Positions 34,046 to 43,414 of a DNA stretch of 64,000 nucleotides are shown in pieces. The notes below the pieces were generated by a model. That model made no database searches. It saw only the letters and a list, made by a program, of their open reading frames with translations, and was not told the DNA's origin. Source of the stretch: Limnohabitans sp. Its GTDB lineage: Bacteria; Pseudomonadota; Gammaproteobacteria; Burkholderiales; Burkholderiaceae_C. How positions within the stretch are numbered: position 1 is the stretch's first letter; every line of letters starts with the position of its first letter. A program made the translations under genes and the position numbers. Where the stretch lies: NCBI GenBank assembly GCA_018882835.1, contig VERE01000001.1, forward strand, positions 108,271 through 172,270, in the 5' to 3' direction.

Positions 34046-34318
34046 ATGGGCCGCCCTCTGACCTGGATATTGCTGACCTTGCTGGTCATTCTGCAAGGCC
34101 AGTTATGGCTGGGCCGGGGCAGCGTGCCCGAGGTGATGCGCTTGCGCCAGCAATTGACAGAACAGCGCGAACAAAACCAGCAAGCGCAGTATGCCAACCA
34201 ACGACTTGAAGCCGAATTGCGCGATCTCAAGGAAGGCCTGGAAATGGTCGAGGAGCGCGCCCGCAAGGAGATCGGCATGGTCAAGAACCACGAGATCTTC
34301 ATTCAGGTCAGCAGGTAA
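34046..34318 (+). CDS. ftsB: Cell division protein FtsB
   Basis: TM helix, LWLGRG, coiled coil, EERAR; follows eno. Confidence 0.9.
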   Translation: MGRPLTWILLTLLVILQGQLWLGRGSVPEVMRLRQQLTEQREQNQQAQYANQRLEAELRDLKEGLEMVEERARKEIGMVKNHEIFIQVSR

Positions 34319-34321
34319 GGC

Positions 34322-34741
34322 GTGAAGCTTTGGATCTTGGGGGCGTGTGATGCATCTTTCGCCGCCGACTTGCAACAGGCCTCCAGCGCCTGGCCTGTCG
34401 CGCCTTCGGCCCTTGCGTTTTTAACGCCGCCTGGCAACGCATCTTTACAGGCCATCCGGGCGCATGATTTTGTGGCGCTCATGGGCAGGGCTTCCCAAAC
34501 CGAGCAGGACTGCTGGCGTGCCCAACTGGCGCTGGCCCGCCTGCCCTTTCAGGTTTTCTATGGCGATTCAGCGCAGGTGTTGCAAAATTTGAGCTTCGCC
34601 TGGTCCAGCCATGTCCGAAGCCAATCTGCCTTGCGCCCTGAAATTTTGCCCCGCTGGGAAGGCGTCTGCGAGAGCTGCAGCGACCCTGAGTGCGAGCACC
34701 GGATGTTCAGCCGCCTGTTGGCACACCCGCCGTCTCAATGA
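34322..34741 (+). CDS. Hypothetical protein with C-terminal Cys/His motif
   Basis: Fills the ftsB-hslO gap; CESCSDPECEH. Confidence 0.7.
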   Translation: MKLWILGACDASFAADLQQASSAWPVAPSALAFLTPPGNASLQAIRAHDFVALMGRASQTEQDCWRAQLALARLPFQVFYGDSAQVLQNLSFAWSSHVRSQSALRPEILPRWEGVCESCSDPECEHRMFSRLLAHPPSQ

Positions 34742-35721
34742 ACCGCGGTGCTGTCACCCGGTTGCGCGGGTGTGTCCAAGAAAATTTGGGCGGCATCCAC
34801 CGCATCAAATCGGTACTGCTGACCACAGAAGTCACAACCCACTTCAATTTCCTGACGCTCCGCCAAAATTGATTCGGCCTCCTCGGCCCCCAGGCTTCGA
34901 ATCATGCGGCTGACGCGCTCTTGGCTGCAGGTGCAGGCAAAGCGCGGGCCGGTGGCGCCTTGCAAGGGCTCGAAGCGCAGCAGTTTTTCTTCCCAGAAAA
35001 GACGGCGCAAGATGGTTTCGGCATCCAGCTCCAACAACTCCTGTGCCTTCAGGCTAGCCGCCAGGATCGCGATGCGCTGGTAGTCCTCGTTGCGGCCAAT
35101 TTGGTCTTCGTCTGCAGCCGTTGCGCGGGCCGAAAGATTGGCTTCGCCTTGCACAGGCAGACGCTGGATCAGCAGTCCTGCCGCCACGTTGTCGTTGGCG
35201 GCCAGCACCAGGGTGGTGTCGAGCTGCTCGCTTTGCAACATGTAGTGCTGCAAGATATCGCTGAATTTTTCCAAGGGCTTGCCAGCATCGTCCCACAAGG
35301 AAATGATGCCTTGGTAAGGTTGTTGGCCAGGCAACTTGTCTTTGGGGTCCAGGGTGATGGCGCAACGACCTTGGTTGTTTTGGTTCACCATCTGGCTCAG
35401 GCGCGCCTGTTGCGGTACTTCGCCCACGCTTTTGGCCGTGGCGCGCAAGCTCAGGTCGGGCTGCACCTCCACCACGGCCACTTTGAGTGGGCCATCGCCG
35501 AAGACTTGCAGCACCAAAGCGCCATTGAATTTGATGTTGGACTGCATCAGCGCAGCCGCTGCCGTCATCTCGCCCAGCAGATGGCGAACCGGTTCCGGAT
35601 AAGGTCCCGTCTCGGCATTGTTGGCCCGGCGTTGCAGGATGTCACGCCATGTATCCGTCAGGCGCACCAGCATGCCGCGCACCGGCAGGCCATCGAATAA
35701 AAATTTGTGCAGCTCGGACAT
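34735..35721 (-). CDS. hslO: Hsp33 redox-regulated chaperone
   Basis: YMLQSEQL, CTCS and CDFC Zn motifs. Confidence 0.93.
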   Translation of the reverse strand: MSELHKFLFDGLPVRGMLVRLTDTWRDILQRRANNAETGPYPEPVRHLLGEMTAAAALMQSNIKFNGALVLQVFGDGPLKVAVVEVQPDLSLRATAKSVGEVPQQARLSQMVNQNNQGRCAITLDPKDKLPGQQPYQGIISLWDDAGKPLEKFSDILQHYMLQSEQLDTTLVLAANDNVAAGLLIQRLPVQGEANLSARATAADEDQIGRNEDYQRIAILAASLKAQELLELDAETILRRLFWEEKLLRFEPLQGATGPRFACTCSQERVSRMIRSLGAEEAESILAERQEIEVGCDFCGQQYRFDAVDAAQIFLDTPAQPGDSTAVH

Positions 35722-36245
35722 CAGCCAATCTTTCGCAGACCGTTGCGGAAGCGACGGGCATTCTGGGCGTAGTTTGGGGCACTGCGGCGCAAGCCGGCAA
35801 TTTGTTCGGGCGTGAGCTCGCGCACGGCTTTGGCGGGGCTGCCCACAATCATCGAACCATCGGGGAATTCCTTGCCTTCGGTGACCAGCGCGCCGGCGCC
35901 GACCAGGCAGTTCTTGCCGATCTTGGCGCCATTGAGCACGATGGCGCCCATGCCAATCAGAGTCTCGTCGCCAATGGTGCAGCCGTGCAGGATGACTTGG
36001 TGACCAACGGTGACATGTTGGCCGATTGTCAAGGGCAGGCCATGGTCGCTGTGGAGCACGCTGCCATCCTGAATGTTGCTGCCTCGGCCAATGTGGATAG
36101 GCTCGTTGTCGCCGCGAATTACGGCGTTGAACCAGACGCTGACATCGTCCTCCAAGGCAACGCGGCCGATGACTTCGGCGCTGTCGGCAATCCAGGCCGA
36201 TTCAGCGACTTCGGGAACAATGTCGTCGAGTTGATAAAGTGCCAT
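35721..36245 (-). CDS. Gamma carbonic anhydrase family protein
   Basis: [21 protein letters not shown] hexapeptide repeats; ATG at 36245. Confidence 0.92.
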   Translation of the reverse strand: MALYQLDDIVPEVAESAWIADSAEVIGRVALEDDVSVWFNAVIRGDNEPIHIGRGSNIQDGSVLHSDHGLPLTIGQHVTVGHQVILHGCTIGDETLIGMGAIVLNGAKIGKNCLVGAGALVTEGKEFPDGSMIVGSPAKAVRELTPEQIAGLRRSAPNYAQNARRFRNGLRKIG

Positions 36246-36284
36246 GGCCGACCTTCGTGCGTTGCTAAAACTACAATTGTACGA

Positions 36285-37094
36285 ATGGAACTCCGACAAC
36301 AGGCGCTCAAGGTTTTGGCCATCGCCGATCCGCAAGAGAAAGTGCAGGCTGTGCAGGCGCTGTGGGCCCATCGCGCCACTTTGTCACTGGCGGCGACCGA
36401 GGTCTTGCACCCTGGCGATCTGCACCTGCCCGGACGTCCCAGCCATCCGCTCTTGAAGCCAGCCCGAGACGTGCCTTCGCGCTCCCCGTTCACCACCCAA
36501 GGGCTGGCAGCCTTGATGCACGCAGTCTGTCACATCGAGTTCAATGCCATCAATCTGGCCTTGGACGCCGTCTGGCGATTCGCCGGCATGCCTGATAACT
36601 ACTATGCCGATTGGCTCAGCGTGGCTTGCGAGGAGTCTACGCATTTTGTGCTGGTGCGCGACTTTTTGAACACGCTGGGTTTTGCCTATGGCGACTTTGA
36701 TGCTCACGACGGCCTGTGGTCCATGTGTGAAAAAACCCGCGATGACGTGGTGGCGCGCATGGCTGTGGTCCCACGCACCTTGGAAGCCCGTGGACTGGAC
36801 GCGACGCCGCTGATCCAAGAAAAACTGCAACGGGTTGGCACCGAAGATGCGCGCAAAGCCAGTGCCATTCTGGACATCATCCTGCGCGACGAGGTCGGCC
36901 ATGTCGCCATTGGCAACCATTGGTACCACTGGCTCTGCGAGCAACAAGGCCTGGACGCAGTAGCGCACGATCAATACCTGGTTACCAAGCTGGAAGCCCC
37001 CCGCCTGCGCCCCCCCTTCAACCTCGAAGCCCGCCGCCGCGCAGGCTTCACTTCCGAAGAAATACAACGCCTTGAACAAGGGGTCAGGTCTTGA
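36285..37094 (+). CDS. DUF455 ferritin-like protein
   Basis: [34 protein letters not shown]; C-terminus EQGVRS* lies in the repeat. Confidence 0.88.
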   Translation: MELRQQALKVLAIADPQEKVQAVQALWAHRATLSLAATEVLHPGDLHLPGRPSHPLLKPARDVPSRSPFTTQGLAALMHAVCHIEFNAINLALDAVWRFAGMPDNYYADWLSVACEESTHFVLVRDFLNTLGFAYGDFDAHDGLWSMCEKTRDDVVARMAVVPRTLEARGLDATPLIQEKLQRVGTEDARKASAILDIILRDEVGHVAIGNHWYHWLCEQQGLDAVAHDQYLVTKLEAPRLRPPFNLEARRRAGFTSEEIQRLEQGVRS

Positions 37095-37190
37095 GTTTTG
37101 CCTTTTTTCTGTGGATAACTAAACAAGTTTGCGAGCCAACTGAGTTATCCACAGAAAAAAGGCAAAACTCAAGACCTGACCCCTTGTTCA
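37073..37190. repeat. Palindromic element, full copy B, two inverted DnaA boxes
   Basis: Perfect 48-bp inverted arms (37073-37120, 37143-37190) and 22-nt spacer; TGTGGATAA 37110-37118 and TTATCCACA 37145-37153. Confidence 0.95.
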
Positions 37191-38107
37191 CCACCGCGGG
37201 GATGGTGTAGCGCATGCAGGGTCTGCAAACGCTCTCGAGCTACATGGGTGTAGATGGTCGTGGTCGAGATGTCTGCATGGCCCAATAGCATTTGAACGGC
37301 CCGCAGATCGGCGCCATGGTTGAGCAGATGGGTCGCGAAAGCATGCCGCAGGGTATGGGGTGACAGTGGCCGGTGAATGCCTGCCAATCGCGCATACTTT
37401 TTCACCAGGGTCCAGAACATGACACGGGTCATGGCCTCTCCCGATGTGCTGCCGCGCGCGGTCACAAACAAAGCCTCATTGAGTTGCGACCCCAACAACA
37501 CAGGACGTGCCTGGGCAAGGTATCGATCGAGCCACTCCGCGGCCACCGCACCGAAGGGCACCAGTCGCTCTTTGCTGCCTTTGCCCATCACCCGCAACAC
37601 GCCCTCCGACAAGCTGACTTGAAAAACTTTGAGGCTGACCAGTTCCGTCACACGCAAGCCACACGCATAAATCAACTCCAGCATGGCACGGTCGCGCAAC
37701 CCCAAAGGCGTGTCGACAAGCGGTGCGGCGAGCATGGCCTCGACCTCGGCCTCGCTCAAGGTTTTGGGCACACGCAGAGGCTGCTTGGCCGAGAGCATGC
37801 GAACCGTCGGATCGGCAGGCAACAAGCCTTCTCGCACGGCCCAGCGGAAAAATCGCCTGAACACCGTCAAGCGTCGGTTGGCGGTAGTGGCCCGCGTCTC
37901 GGCATGGCGGGCCGCAAAGTAGGCTTGAAGGTCCGACTCGGTCACAGTGACCAAGCCACGCGCAGGCAAGCTGAGGGCAAACAGCGTGAGGTCGCGCCGG
38001 TAAGCCGACAAAGTGTTGGCTGACAGCCCATCCTCCAGCCAAAGGGCATCCAGGAACCGGTCAATCAAGGGATCGACCGACTCTGCCGCTGGTCTGTCGC
38101 GAGCCAA
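37169..38107 (-). CDS. xerD: Site-specific tyrosine recombinase XerD
   Basis: LWLEDGLSANT, GLRVTEL, GKGSKER, HTLRHAFATH, LLGHADISTTTIY; TTG start estimated. Confidence 0.93.
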   Translation of the reverse strand: MARDRPAAESVDPLIDRFLDALWLEDGLSANTLSAYRRDLTLFALSLPARGLVTVTESDLQAYFAARHAETRATTANRRLTVFRRFFRWAVREGLLPADPTVRMLSAKQPLRVPKTLSEAEVEAMLAAPLVDTPLGLRDRAMLELIYACGLRVTELVSLKVFQVSLSEGVLRVMGKGSKERLVPFGAVAAEWLDRYLAQARPVLLGSQLNEALFVTARGSTSGEAMTRVMFWTLVKKYARLAGIHRPLSPHTLRHAFATHLLNHGADLRAVQMLLGHADISTTTIYTHVARERLQTLHALHHPRGGEQGVRS

Positions 38108-38111
38108 GGTC

Positions 38112-39086
38112 TCAATCCAGGCGAAGTTTTTGGGTGTCCACCACTTTTTTGTAGACCTCGAACTCGGCCTTGATCTGGGCCGCAAATTGTTCGGGCGAGT
38201 TGGCGACGATCAGTGAGCCCGTGTCTTCAATGCGCTTGCGCACCGCTGGATCCTCCAGGGCTTTGCGCACACCCGCATTGATCTTGTCCACCACCTCTTT
38301 GGGCAAGCCTTTGGGGCCGTAAATCCCGTAATAGGCCATGCGGTTCACGGCCTCCAAACCCACTTCCTTGAAGGTGGGCACGTTGGGCAACACGGCCAGT
38401 CGCTGCGGTGCGGCCACCACGATGGGCACCAAACGGTTGTCCTTGATGAAGGGCAGCGCAGACGGCAGATTGTCAAAAATCATGGGAACCTGGCCAGCCA
38501 CGGTGTCATTCAGGGCCGGACCAGCGCCGCGGTAAGGGATGTGGGTGATGAAGGTGCCCGAAAGGCTCTTGAACAACTCCGTCTGCAAATGGCCGATCCC
38601 TCCCGTGCCAGAGGATGAATAAGAGTACTTGCCAGGGTTGGTTTTGACTTCTTGGATGAAGCCTTTGTAATCTTTGGCAGGAAAGCTCGGGTTCACAGCA
38701 ATCACATTGGGCGTGGCCGCAATGTTGATGATGGGCGTGAAGTCCGTCAGCGGGTTGTAGGGGATCTTGGGGTTGATGGCCGGGTTTGCTGCCGTGGTCG
38801 ACACCGTGGCCATGCCCAGAGCGTAGCCGTCGGGTGCCGACTTGGCCGTTTCTTGGGCCCCGACCACGCCGCCGCCGCCAGCCTTGTTCTCGACCACCAC
38901 GACTTGTCCCAAAGCCTTGCCCAGAGGATCGGCTATGACGCGCGCAATGATGTCGGTGGTGCCGCCCGGGGCAAAAGGCACCTGCAGCTTGATGGTCTTG
39001 GTGGGGTAGGCCTGCGCCATGGCGGGCGAGCCTCCAGTGGCTACCGCAACAACGACCATCCCGTACAAAAAGAAACGTTTTTTCAT
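38112..39086 (-). CDS. Bug/TctC family substrate-binding protein
   Basis: PFAPGGTTD, VENKAGGGG, HIPYRG. Confidence 0.92.
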   Translation of the reverse strand: MKKRFFLYGMVVVAVATGGSPAMAQAYPTKTIKLQVPFAPGGTTDIIARVIADPLGKALGQVVVVENKAGGGGVVGAQETAKSAPDGYALGMATVSTTAANPAINPKIPYNPLTDFTPIINIAATPNVIAVNPSFPAKDYKGFIQEVKTNPGKYSYSSSGTGGIGHLQTELFKSLSGTFITHIPYRGAGPALNDTVAGQVPMIFDNLPSALPFIKDNRLVPIVVAAPQRLAVLPNVPTFKEVGLEAVNRMAYYGIYGPKGLPKEVVDKINAGVRKALEDPAVRKRIEDTGSLIVANSPEQFAAQIKAEFEVYKKVVDTQKLRLD

Positions 39087-39177
39087 GTTTTAACTCCCAA
39101 ATAACTCAGTTTGAAATATACCCCCGACAGTCACACCTGCAACCGATCAGGGTCAATGAATCGCTTATGCTCAACGC

Positions 39178-40083
39178 GTGAACTATGCCCAACTTTTATT
39201 TCCCGATTTCTCTCTGATTTTGTGTGGCTATCTGGTGTGCCGCTACACCGCCTTGAACCGCACGGTCTGGCAACAGGTGGAAACACTGGTCTACTTTTTT
39301 TTATTCCCAGCCCTGCTGTTTCACTCCATCACGCGCACACCGCTGGACCTTCGCACCGCCTCCAGCCTGATGGGGGCTGGATTGTCACTGGGCTTGAGCG
39401 GCATTGTGTTGTGCTATGCCTTGCCTTACCTGCCCTGGCTGGGCCGACAGATAGATGTACGCCAGCATGCCGCTGCGGCCCAGGTGGGCTTTCGCTTCAA
39501 CTCTTTCATCGGGCTCGCCTTGGTTGACAGGCTGGCCGGGCCCGAAGGCTTGTCGCAACTGGCCGTGCTCATTGGCGTCTGTGTGCCCATGTTCAACATT
39601 GCGGCAGTCTGGCCCATGACCCGCCATGGCCAACACAGTTTTGGGCGTGAGTTGATCCGCAACCCCCTGGTCATCACCACAGCTGCAGCTCTGAGCTTCA
39701 ACCTGGCCGGCTTGCACATGCCGGGCTGGCTGGAGCCCACCATCAGCCGCATTGGCAGCGCCTCGATTGCCCTGGGACTGATGGCTGCGGGCGCCGGCCT
39801 GCAACTGAACCGCTTGGCCACCGACCGGGTGCTCAGCGTGGGCTTGCTGGCGGTGCGGCATTTGATCAGCCCCCTGATTGCGCTGGTCCTGATCCAGTTG
39901 TTTGGCCTGGAAAAAATTCAGGCCTCGGTCTTGCTGGCTTTTGCCGCCTTGCCCACTGCCTCCAGTGCCTATGTACTGGCAGCGCGCATGGGCTATGACG
40001 GTCCATATGTTGCGGGCCTGGTCACTTTGTCCACCCTGCTGGGCATGGCCAGCCTGCCGTTTGCTTTGGGCTTGATGCCCTGA
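39178..40083 (+). CDS. AEC family transporter
   Basis: LVYF..FPALLF, RFNSFIG, NPL, ALPTASSAYVLA. Confidence 0.85.
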   Translation: MNYAQLLFPDFSLILCGYLVCRYTALNRTVWQQVETLVYFFLFPALLFHSITRTPLDLRTASSLMGAGLSLGLSGIVLCYALPYLPWLGRQIDVRQHAAAAQVGFRFNSFIGLALVDRLAGPEGLSQLAVLIGVCVPMFNIAAVWPMTRHGQHSFGRELIRNPLVITTAAALSFNLAGLHMPGWLEPTISRIGSASIALGLMAAGAGLQLNRLATDRVLSVGLLAVRHLISPLIALVLIQLFGLEKIQASVLLAFAALPTASSAYVLAARMGYDGPYVAGLVTLSTLLGMASLPFALGLMP

Positions 40084-40084
40084 C

Positions 40085-41149
40085 TCAGACCACCACGGGT
40101 TCGGGCTCGAGCAGGATGCCAAACCGCTCGTAAACGCTGGTCTGGATGGCTTTGGCCAAAGTCACCACCTCACCGCCAGTACAAGGGTGTGCCGCGCCCC
40201 CGCGGTTCACCAGCACCAGGGCCTGTTTTTCGTAGACACCGGCATTGCCCACCGACTTGCCCTTCCAGCCGCAGGCATCGATCAGCCAGCCCGCAGCCAG
40301 CTTGATGCTGCCATCGGCCAGGGGGTAATGCACCACCTTGGGCTCGCGGCCAATGATGTCTGCGCATTGCTCGGGGGTGACCGTGGGGTTTTTGAAGAAG
40401 CTGCCGGCATTGCCAATCACCGCAGGATCAGGCAATTTGGCGCGCCGAATGGCGCAAACCCAGTCAAAAATTTGCCTGGCTGTGGGGTGGGTCACCCCTG
40501 TTTCTTGTTGCCGTCGCAACAAATCCTGGTAGCCCAGCTCGGGCCGCCAGGCTTTGGCCAGTTTGAACCTCACCCGGGTAATCAAAGCCTTGCCCGCCAG
40601 CCCCATGTGCTGCGATCCGCCCCTGGCCTGCTGCGGACCGTGTTTGAAAATGGAATCCCGATAGCCAAAGGCGCATTGGGCAGCGTTCAGGCTGAAACTG
40701 CGACCGGTGGTGAGGTCGATCGCGTCCAGGCTGTCAAAACGGTCTTGCAGCTCGACGCCATAGGCCCCGATGTTCTGTACCGGGGCGGCACCGACGCTGC
40801 CCGGGATCAGGGCCATGTTTTCCAGACCGGGCCAGCCCTGGTCCAGCGTCCAGGCCACAAAGTCATGCCAGGGCTCGCCGGCAGCGGCTTCGATCAGCCA
40901 GTGCCGCTCGTCTTCCCCCACCCACCGGCGGCCTTTGAGCTCCACTTTCAGCACCAACGGCTTGACGTCACCGGTCAAGACAATGTTGCTGCCGCCCCCC
41001 AGCACAAACTTGGGCGCAGCCGCCAGCGCCGGGTCGGCCAATACCGCCTGCACATCCGCTTCGGACGCGACGCGCACCAACCGTTGCGCCTTGGCCGCAA
41101 TGCCAAAGCTGTTGTAGGGCTGAAGGGACAGGTTTTGCTCTACCATCAT
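40085..41149 (-). CDS. murB: UDP-N-acetylmuramate dehydrogenase
   Basis: [32 protein letters not shown]. Confidence 0.95.
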   Translation of the reverse strand: MMVEQNLSLQPYNSFGIAAKAQRLVRVASEADVQAVLADPALAAAPKFVLGGGSNIVLTGDVKPLVLKVELKGRRWVGEDERHWLIEAAAGEPWHDFVAWTLDQGWPGLENMALIPGSVGAAPVQNIGAYGVELQDRFDSLDAIDLTTGRSFSLNAAQCAFGYRDSIFKHGPQQARGGSQHMGLAGKALITRVRFKLAKAWRPELGYQDLLRRQQETGVTHPTARQIFDWVCAIRRAKLPDPAVIGNAGSFFKNPTVTPEQCADIIGREPKVVHYPLADGSIKLAAGWLIDACGWKGKSVGNAGVYEKQALVLVNRGGAAHPCTGGEVVTLAKAIQTSVYERFGILLEPEPVVV

Positions 41150-41189
41150 GGGAGAATTGTCTCATTCCCCTAGCCTTTCCAGAATTGCC

Positions 41190-41675
41190 ATGCCCTCATT
41201 TGATACTGTTTGCGAAGCCAACCTGGTCGAAGTCAAGAATGCCGTCGAAAACGCCGCCAAGGAAATCGCCACCCGTTTCGATTTCAAAGGCACCTCGGCA
41301 GCCATTGAACTCAAAGACAAGGACATCACGATGTTCGGCGATGCCGAGTTCCAACTCACCCAGGTGGAAGACATCCTGCGTAACAAGCTCACCAAGCGCA
41401 ATGTCGATGTGCGCTTTCTGGACAAAGGCGATGTCCAAAAAATCGGTGGCGACAAGGTCAAACAAGTGGTCAAGGTGCGCAACGGCATCGAAAGCGACGC
41501 CGCCAAGAAAATTCAGCGCCTGATCAAGGACAGCAAGCTCAAGGTTCAGGCCGCCATTCAGGGCGACGCCGTGCGGGTGACCGGCGCCAAGCGCGATGAC
41601 CTGCAAGCGGCCATGGCCGTGATTCGCAAGGACATGGCCGACTTGCCCTTGAGCTTCAACAACTTTCGCGATTGA
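41190..41675 (+). CDS. yajQ: YajQ family nucleotide/c-di-GMP-binding protein
   Basis: MPSFD start, RFDFKG, KRDDLQ, NFRD end. Confidence 0.95.
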   Translation: MPSFDTVCEANLVEVKNAVENAAKEIATRFDFKGTSAAIELKDKDITMFGDAEFQLTQVEDILRNKLTKRNVDVRFLDKGDVQKIGGDKVKQVVKVRNGIESDAAKKIQRLIKDSKLKVQAAIQGDAVRVTGAKRDDLQAAMAVIRKDMADLPLSFNNFRD

Positions 41676-41678
41676 GGC

Positions 41679-42332
41679 TCAGTCTTTTTTCTTGCTGCCG
41701 GCAATTTTGGATTCTGTGCCTGCCAGCAAACGCGAGATGTTCTCTCGGTGACGGTACAGCAGCAAAGCACTCATGGCGGTGACCGCCACCGCTATGCCCT
41801 GGTCGGCATACCAGAGTTCCCGGTCGCCTAACAGATAGTAGGCCGGCGCCAGCACCGAAGCTGCCAGCGCAGCCAATGACGAATACCGCGACACAAAGGC
41901 AACGAGCAGCCAGGTCAACAACGTGGCCGTGCCCAGCCAGGGTTGCACGCCCATGAGCACACCGGCCGCTGTGGCGACGCCCTTGCCCCCCTGAAAGCGA
42001 AAAAACACGGGCCAGAGGTGCCCCAGAAAAGCCCCCAGGGCCACCAAGGCGAGCGTGCCCTCGCCCAGGCCCCACAGCGGACCATAGATTTTTACCAAGA
42101 CCACGGGTACCCAGCCTTTGACGGCATCAAGCAACAAAGTCAGGATGGCGGCTTTTTTGCTGCCCGAACGCAGCACATTGGTGGCGCCGGGGTTTTTGCT
42201 GCCGTAGGTGCGGGGATCGTGCAAGCCCATCACGCGGCTGACGATCACCGCAAAAGACAGCGAGCCAATCAGGTAGGCCCCCAGCGCTGCCAGCCAGGCC
42301 AGTGCCCAAGGATATGACGTCAAAACATTCAT
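41679..42332 (-). CDS. plsY: Glycerol-3-phosphate acyltransferase
   Basis: [28 protein letters not shown]. Confidence 0.94.
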   Translation of the reverse strand: MNVLTSYPWALAWLAALGAYLIGSLSFAVIVSRVMGLHDPRTYGSKNPGATNVLRSGSKKAAILTLLLDAVKGWVPVVLVKIYGPLWGLGEGTLALVALGAFLGHLWPVFFRFQGGKGVATAAGVLMGVQPWLGTATLLTWLLVAFVSRYSSLAALAASVLAPAYYLLGDRELWYADQGIAVAVTAMSALLLYRHRENISRLLAGTESKIAGSKKKD

Positions 42333-43405
42333 TGCGCCGGGTCCCGTAACTCCCACCGAATGGCGTCCAGCGCTGCCAGCAACTCGGGCGACAAGGTGGT
42401 GTTCCATGCATCGAGGTCTTGGTCGAGCTGCGCCACCGAGGTGACGCCAATGATGGTGCTCGCCACCCGCCACTGGCGGTAGCAAAACGCCAAAGCCATT
42501 TGCGTGGGCGTCATGCCGTGCGCACGGGCCAGGGCGTTGTAACGGCGGGCCGCTTCCAGCGCCTCAGGGCGTCCCCAGCGCTGCTTGCGCACGCTTTCGT
42601 AGCGTGCGATGCGGGCGTTTTGCGGCGCCGCAGGATTCGCTGGGTCGACCTCATCGTACTTGCCCGTCAGCAAACCAAAGCCCAGTGGCGAGTACGCCAG
42701 CAGAGACACATTCAAGCGGTGCATGCTTTCATCCAGGGCATTCTCGTGGCTACGGTTCACCAGGCAATAGGCGTTTTGAACACTGGCCACACGCGGCAAG
42801 CCATGTTGCTCGGCCAGACGCACGAACTCGTGAACACCGTAAGGTGTTTCGTTGGACAGGCCAATGGCGCGAATTTTTCCCTGCTTGACCAAGCGGCCCA
42901 AAGTCTCCAACTGCTCGTGAATCGGGGTGGCCGAATTTTCTTTGGCCGGGTCGTAATACAGCGCGCCAAAGGCCGGCACGTGGCGCTCGGGCCAGTGAAT
43001 TTGGTACAGGTCAATGACATCGGTTTGCAAGCGTCGCAAACTGTTGTCACACGAGGTGACGATGTCCTGCGCCGTCATGCCCGCGCCCGGCCGCACCCAG
43101 GGCATGCCGCGCGAAGGGCCTGCCACCTTGGTGGCCAGCACCAGTTTCTGGCGTGCCCCCGGGCGCTTGGCAAACCAGCGACCCAAAATGGTTTCGGTCG
43201 AGCCGCAGGTCTCCGCGCGGGCGGGCACAGAGTACATCTCGGCGGTGTCCAGGAAATTCACGCCGCGCTCCAGCGAGCGGTCCAGGATCGCGAACGAAGT
43301 GGCTTCGTCCACTTGCTCGCCAAAGGTCATGGTGCCCAGGCAAATGGGGGTGACATGCAGGTCGCTTTGACCCAGCGGTACGGTTTGGGTGAAGGGTTGA
43401 ATCAT
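42329..43405 (-). CDS. Aldo/keto reductase (Tas-like)
   Basis: [29 protein letters not shown]. Confidence 0.92.
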   Translation of the reverse strand: MIQPFTQTVPLGQSDLHVTPICLGTMTFGEQVDEATSFAILDRSLERGVNFLDTAEMYSVPARAETCGSTETILGRWFAKRPGARQKLVLATKVAGPSRGMPWVRPGAGMTAQDIVTSCDNSLRRLQTDVIDLYQIHWPERHVPAFGALYYDPAKENSATPIHEQLETLGRLVKQGKIRAIGLSNETPYGVHEFVRLAEQHGLPRVASVQNAYCLVNRSHENALDESMHRLNVSLLAYSPLGFGLLTGKYDEVDPANPAAPQNARIARYESVRKQRWGRPEALEAARRYNALARAHGMTPTQMALAFCYRQWRVASTIIGVTSVAQLDQDLDAWNTTLSPELLAALDAIRWELRDPAQ

Positions 43406-43414
43406 GGTGCTAGT

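Noticed and set aside
35649-36284. N-terminal extension making the DUF455 ORF 481 aa
   Set aside because: It overlaps the gamma-CA gene on the opposite strand; the ATG at 36285 with a -10 box fits better
37169-38107. Integrase of a mobile element with the adjacent palindrome as att/attC site
   Set aside because: The sequence is typical chromosomal XerD without an integron-integrase insertion; the palindrome is perfect, lacks attC or dif features and also occurs away from xerD
39101-39111. ATAACTCAGTT matching the arm/spacer junction of the element
   Set aside because: Only 11 bp, without the DnaA box or terminus; compatible with chance
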